DNA from: Octopus bimaculoides | Taxonomy: Eukaryota | NCBI RefSeq assembly: GCF_001194135.2 | Contig: NC_068998.1 | Location: 24,755,975-24,819,974, forward strand | Reading direction: 5' to 3' | DNA: 64,000 nucleotides | In this document: positions 61,391 through 64,000 of the stretch, in pieces | Position numbering within the stretch: position 1 is the first letter of the stretch | Layout: the number at the start of each line of letters is the position of its first letter | Program-made: the position numbers and the translations under genes | The notes under the pieces: generated by a model | Told to the model about the DNA's origin: nothing | What the model saw: the letters and a program-made list of their open reading frames with translations, nothing else | Database searches by the model: none

Positions 61391-62277
61391 ATGATACAGT
61401 TGGCCGAACTTTTTGACTGTTAGAAAGCCCAAATTCACGCATTGGGTGCTGTGAGTTATGTTTCTTAAATTACGTGTACACTAAACATATAGAAACAGAA
61501 ACATACATATATACACAAGCACATACTGACAGATATTCATGGAACTCGTACTCTTCCTCACTGATATCGGTAATAAGACAAGTTATTTTTGTTTCTGTAT
61601 AGAAAGAATATTCAGAGGAAACATATCTGTTGCAATGGTCATATGACGTCATAGCGAGCAACACTTGTGGCTATCAAATTAAACGAAAAATGGAGTTATC
61701 AGGCATGTGACAAATAAAACTATGTGCTACACAGACAAGATTGAAATATCAATATTTACTTAGTCAGACGTTTGTAAATATCTGGTAAAAAGGAACTGAA
61801 AAATGTTCATGTGCTTATATAAATGGAATGCATTAAATGGTATGTGAAGACGAAAGTAAAAATAGGAACAGTTGAGAATGGAAGTAAACCAAGAAAATAA
61901 AAAAAATAATGAACAAAAATGATAAAGTATGTGTGTTTATGTATGTGTATATATATTATGTATTCACACACAAATAAACACACACACACACACACACATA
62001 AATAAACACACACACACACATAAGCATGTCTAAATAAGGAAGTGAGCTGCACAGACGGCATTGGTACGTCATGAGATATAGTTTCAAATTTCATAACAGA
62101 AAAACAGATACGGATTTTAATGGGGCAGTTAGTTAAGAACACAAATATTCTGTTAACTTTTTACTTTAATTTAAGCGAAATTATTAAATTTTTCTCATAA
62201 TCAAGGCGTATATAGGAGATCAATTTGTATGTTGAGAGTCAGGTCTTGTACGTAACGTATACAGTTAGCATACGCAG

Positions 62278-62308
<31 letters not shown>

Positions 62309-63189
62309 NNNNNNNNNNNNNNNNNNNNNNNNNNNNNNNNNNNNNNNNNNNNNNNNNNNNNNNNNNNNNNNNNNNNNNNNNNNNNNNNNNNNNNNNNNNN
62401 NNNNNNNNNNNNNNNNNNNNNNNNNNNNNNNNNNNNNNNNNNNNNNNNNNNNNNNNNNNNNNNNNNNNNNNNNNNNNNNNNNNNNNNNNNNNNNNNNNNN
62501 NNNNNNNNNNNNNNNNNNNNNNNNNNNNNNNNNNNNNNNNNNNNNNNNNNNNNNNNNNNNNNNNNNNNNNNNNNNNNNNNNNNNNNNNNNNNNNNNNNNN
62601 NNNNNNNNNNNNNNNNNNNNNNNNNNNNNNNNNNNNNNNNNNNNNNNNNNNNNNNNNNNNNNNNNNNNNNNNNNNNNNNNNNNNNNNNNNNNNNNNNNNN
62701 NNNNNNNNNNNNNNNNNNNNNNNNNNNNNNNNNNNNNNNNNNNNNNNNNNNNNNNNNNNNNNNNNNNNNNNNNNNNNNNNNNNNNNNNNNNNNAGAGAGA
62801 GAGAGAGAGAGAGAGCCAAAACGAAATTGTTTTGTTCCACATGGGCATAAATATAGAAAAAAATTTAAATGCATCAGGATTCTTTTACATGGTTTATTTT
62901 TAAAACCACGGCCAGTTTTATCGATTTTTCTGATTTTCAAAATTTGAGGTAGAAAGCCGTGCGGCTATATTGAGGCTGTTTTGCTTCTGACCGGAGTTCA
63001 GAAATTCTCTTGATTAACATGGCTCAAATTAGTATCTGGTTAGGATAGAATGATCACGTGCTCATGCTTAGAATTTTTTAAAGTTTCCCCCTTCGTCCAA
63101 GTGTTTATGTTATGTTGCAATATAATTTGTGCCGAAAATTAAGGCCCACACAGCTGAGTGAACGCGTCTTATGACACTCCCAAACAACC

Positions 63190-63385
63190 AAGGCATTTTC
63201 AATTTAATCTGTCAACAGTACTAGACAGCACCCACTGAGTGAGCATATCGCCATATGAGCAAAAAAGAGGGCTCCAAATTCCAGGTCATCTCAACCTTGG
63301 TTCAGTAAATGCCACAGATCAAGCGCAAATAAACATAGAAAATAACTTGTAACAAAAATACAAACCAAGACTGAATAAACTTTAG
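63190..63385 (+). mobile_element. PLE GIY-YIG C-terminal fragment (lineage 2)
   Basis: QHPLSEHIAI*AKKEGSKFQV and IENNL*QKYKPRLNK match the ends of the 35951-36290 and 52400-52700 fragments. Confidence 0.6.
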
Positions 63386-63759
63386 CAATGTACAATCACC
63401 AGCAACTACTCACACACAAACTCATTCTGCCACATGACGTTAAATTTATACAACCAACAAGCTTGATTTGGAGCACAACCATGATTGTTTCTCGTATGTC
63501 ACGAACGCAGGGATTTAGTAGGGAACAAAATTGTATGCTTGCATACGTAGATACAAACGATATACATTCAAGCAACGGATTACATATAAACAGATCTTCT
63601 CTCTGTCATTTGACAGATTAAATGTAAAGAGGCCTGATTGTTTGGAACTGTTAGTAGATACGTTCACACAGTCATGGCAGCCTTAATTTTCGGTACAACA
63701 ATTATTGTCCTGTGATAGCTGTTCACTTACCGACATTTCCAAGTATGTATACATGTATG

Positions 63760-63962
63760 TATTTTAAGATCCTAAAAGATCAAAACTTAACTATAGATTT
63801 TCGTGGCCCAAATCGGGTATGCAATCTATGTGCGTGTCGTTTCAAGACATTGTCTGGTTTAAAAAGCCACACCAGACGCCATGATGGATATAAAGTGTAG
63901 GTACAGGAGGTGGTCAAACTCTGCATAAGGAGTAGACAACCACTATGTATGTATGTATGTAT
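63760..63962 (+). mobile_element. Probable 3' end of an RTE-type LINE: single C2H2 finger, stop, short UTR, (TATG)n tail
   Basis: CNLCACRFKTLSGLKSHTRRH (63820-63882) fits C-x2-C-x3-F-x5-L-x2-H-x3-H exactly; stop at 63898-63900, then ggtggtcaaactc...gtagacaaccac and tatgtatg. Confidence 0.45.
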
Positions 63963-64000
63963 GTGCGAAAAAAAGGAATATATATATATATATATATATA

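Larger units (their letters stand above)
2990..62793. other. 13 assembly gaps (N-runs), most bordered by microsatellites
   Basis: 2990-3080, 10581-11283, 14212-14435, 17014-17782, 22929-23066, 36966-37136, 44571-44580, 46523-46532, 48891-49066, 51566-52035, 56167-56854, 60204-60237, 62309-62793. Confidence 0.97.

Noticed and set aside
10465-62947. Long ORFs in the track made of X runs or YI/HT/CV/poly-I/poly-M repeats
   Set aside because: They are translations of N-gaps and microsatellites, not coding sequence.
63268-63274. In-frame TGA at a conserved Cys position of a PLE endonuclease, suggesting selenocysteine
   Set aside because: The fragment has other stops, the paralogous positions are TGT (52400-53300 copy) and TAT (35951-36290 copy), and no SECIS is evident; a point mutation explains it.

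Overview
AT-rich, microsatellite-dense animal draft-assembly DNA with 13 N-gaps. The repeat landscape looks cephalopod (Octopus-like); this is an inference from the SINE families, not a database result. I cannot support any intact host gene, rRNA, tRNA gene or CRISPR array. The window is a graveyard of mobile elements: a decayed Chapaev3/CMC-like transposase, a mariner remnant plus a mariner-type MITE, two Helitron 3' ends, about 25 copies or fragments of three tRNA-head SINE families, a probable RTE-type 3' end, and five ORF remnants of Penelope-like elements (PLEs) from two lineages. The most notable signals are PLE-linked: a near-complete RT-Zn knuckle-GIY-YIG frame (46533-48306) with an intact minimal hammerhead ribozyme (48712-48763) whose predicted cut site coincides with the start of a triple tandem repeat; a second PLE bracketed by ~330-bp inverted pLTRs; and an ORF-less direct+inverted pLTR cluster carrying hammerhead-like cores. 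There is also a head-to-tail array of four SINEs and a perfect 139-bp-arm palindrome at a gap edge. Most ORFs in the supplied track are artefacts of N-runs and microsatellites.
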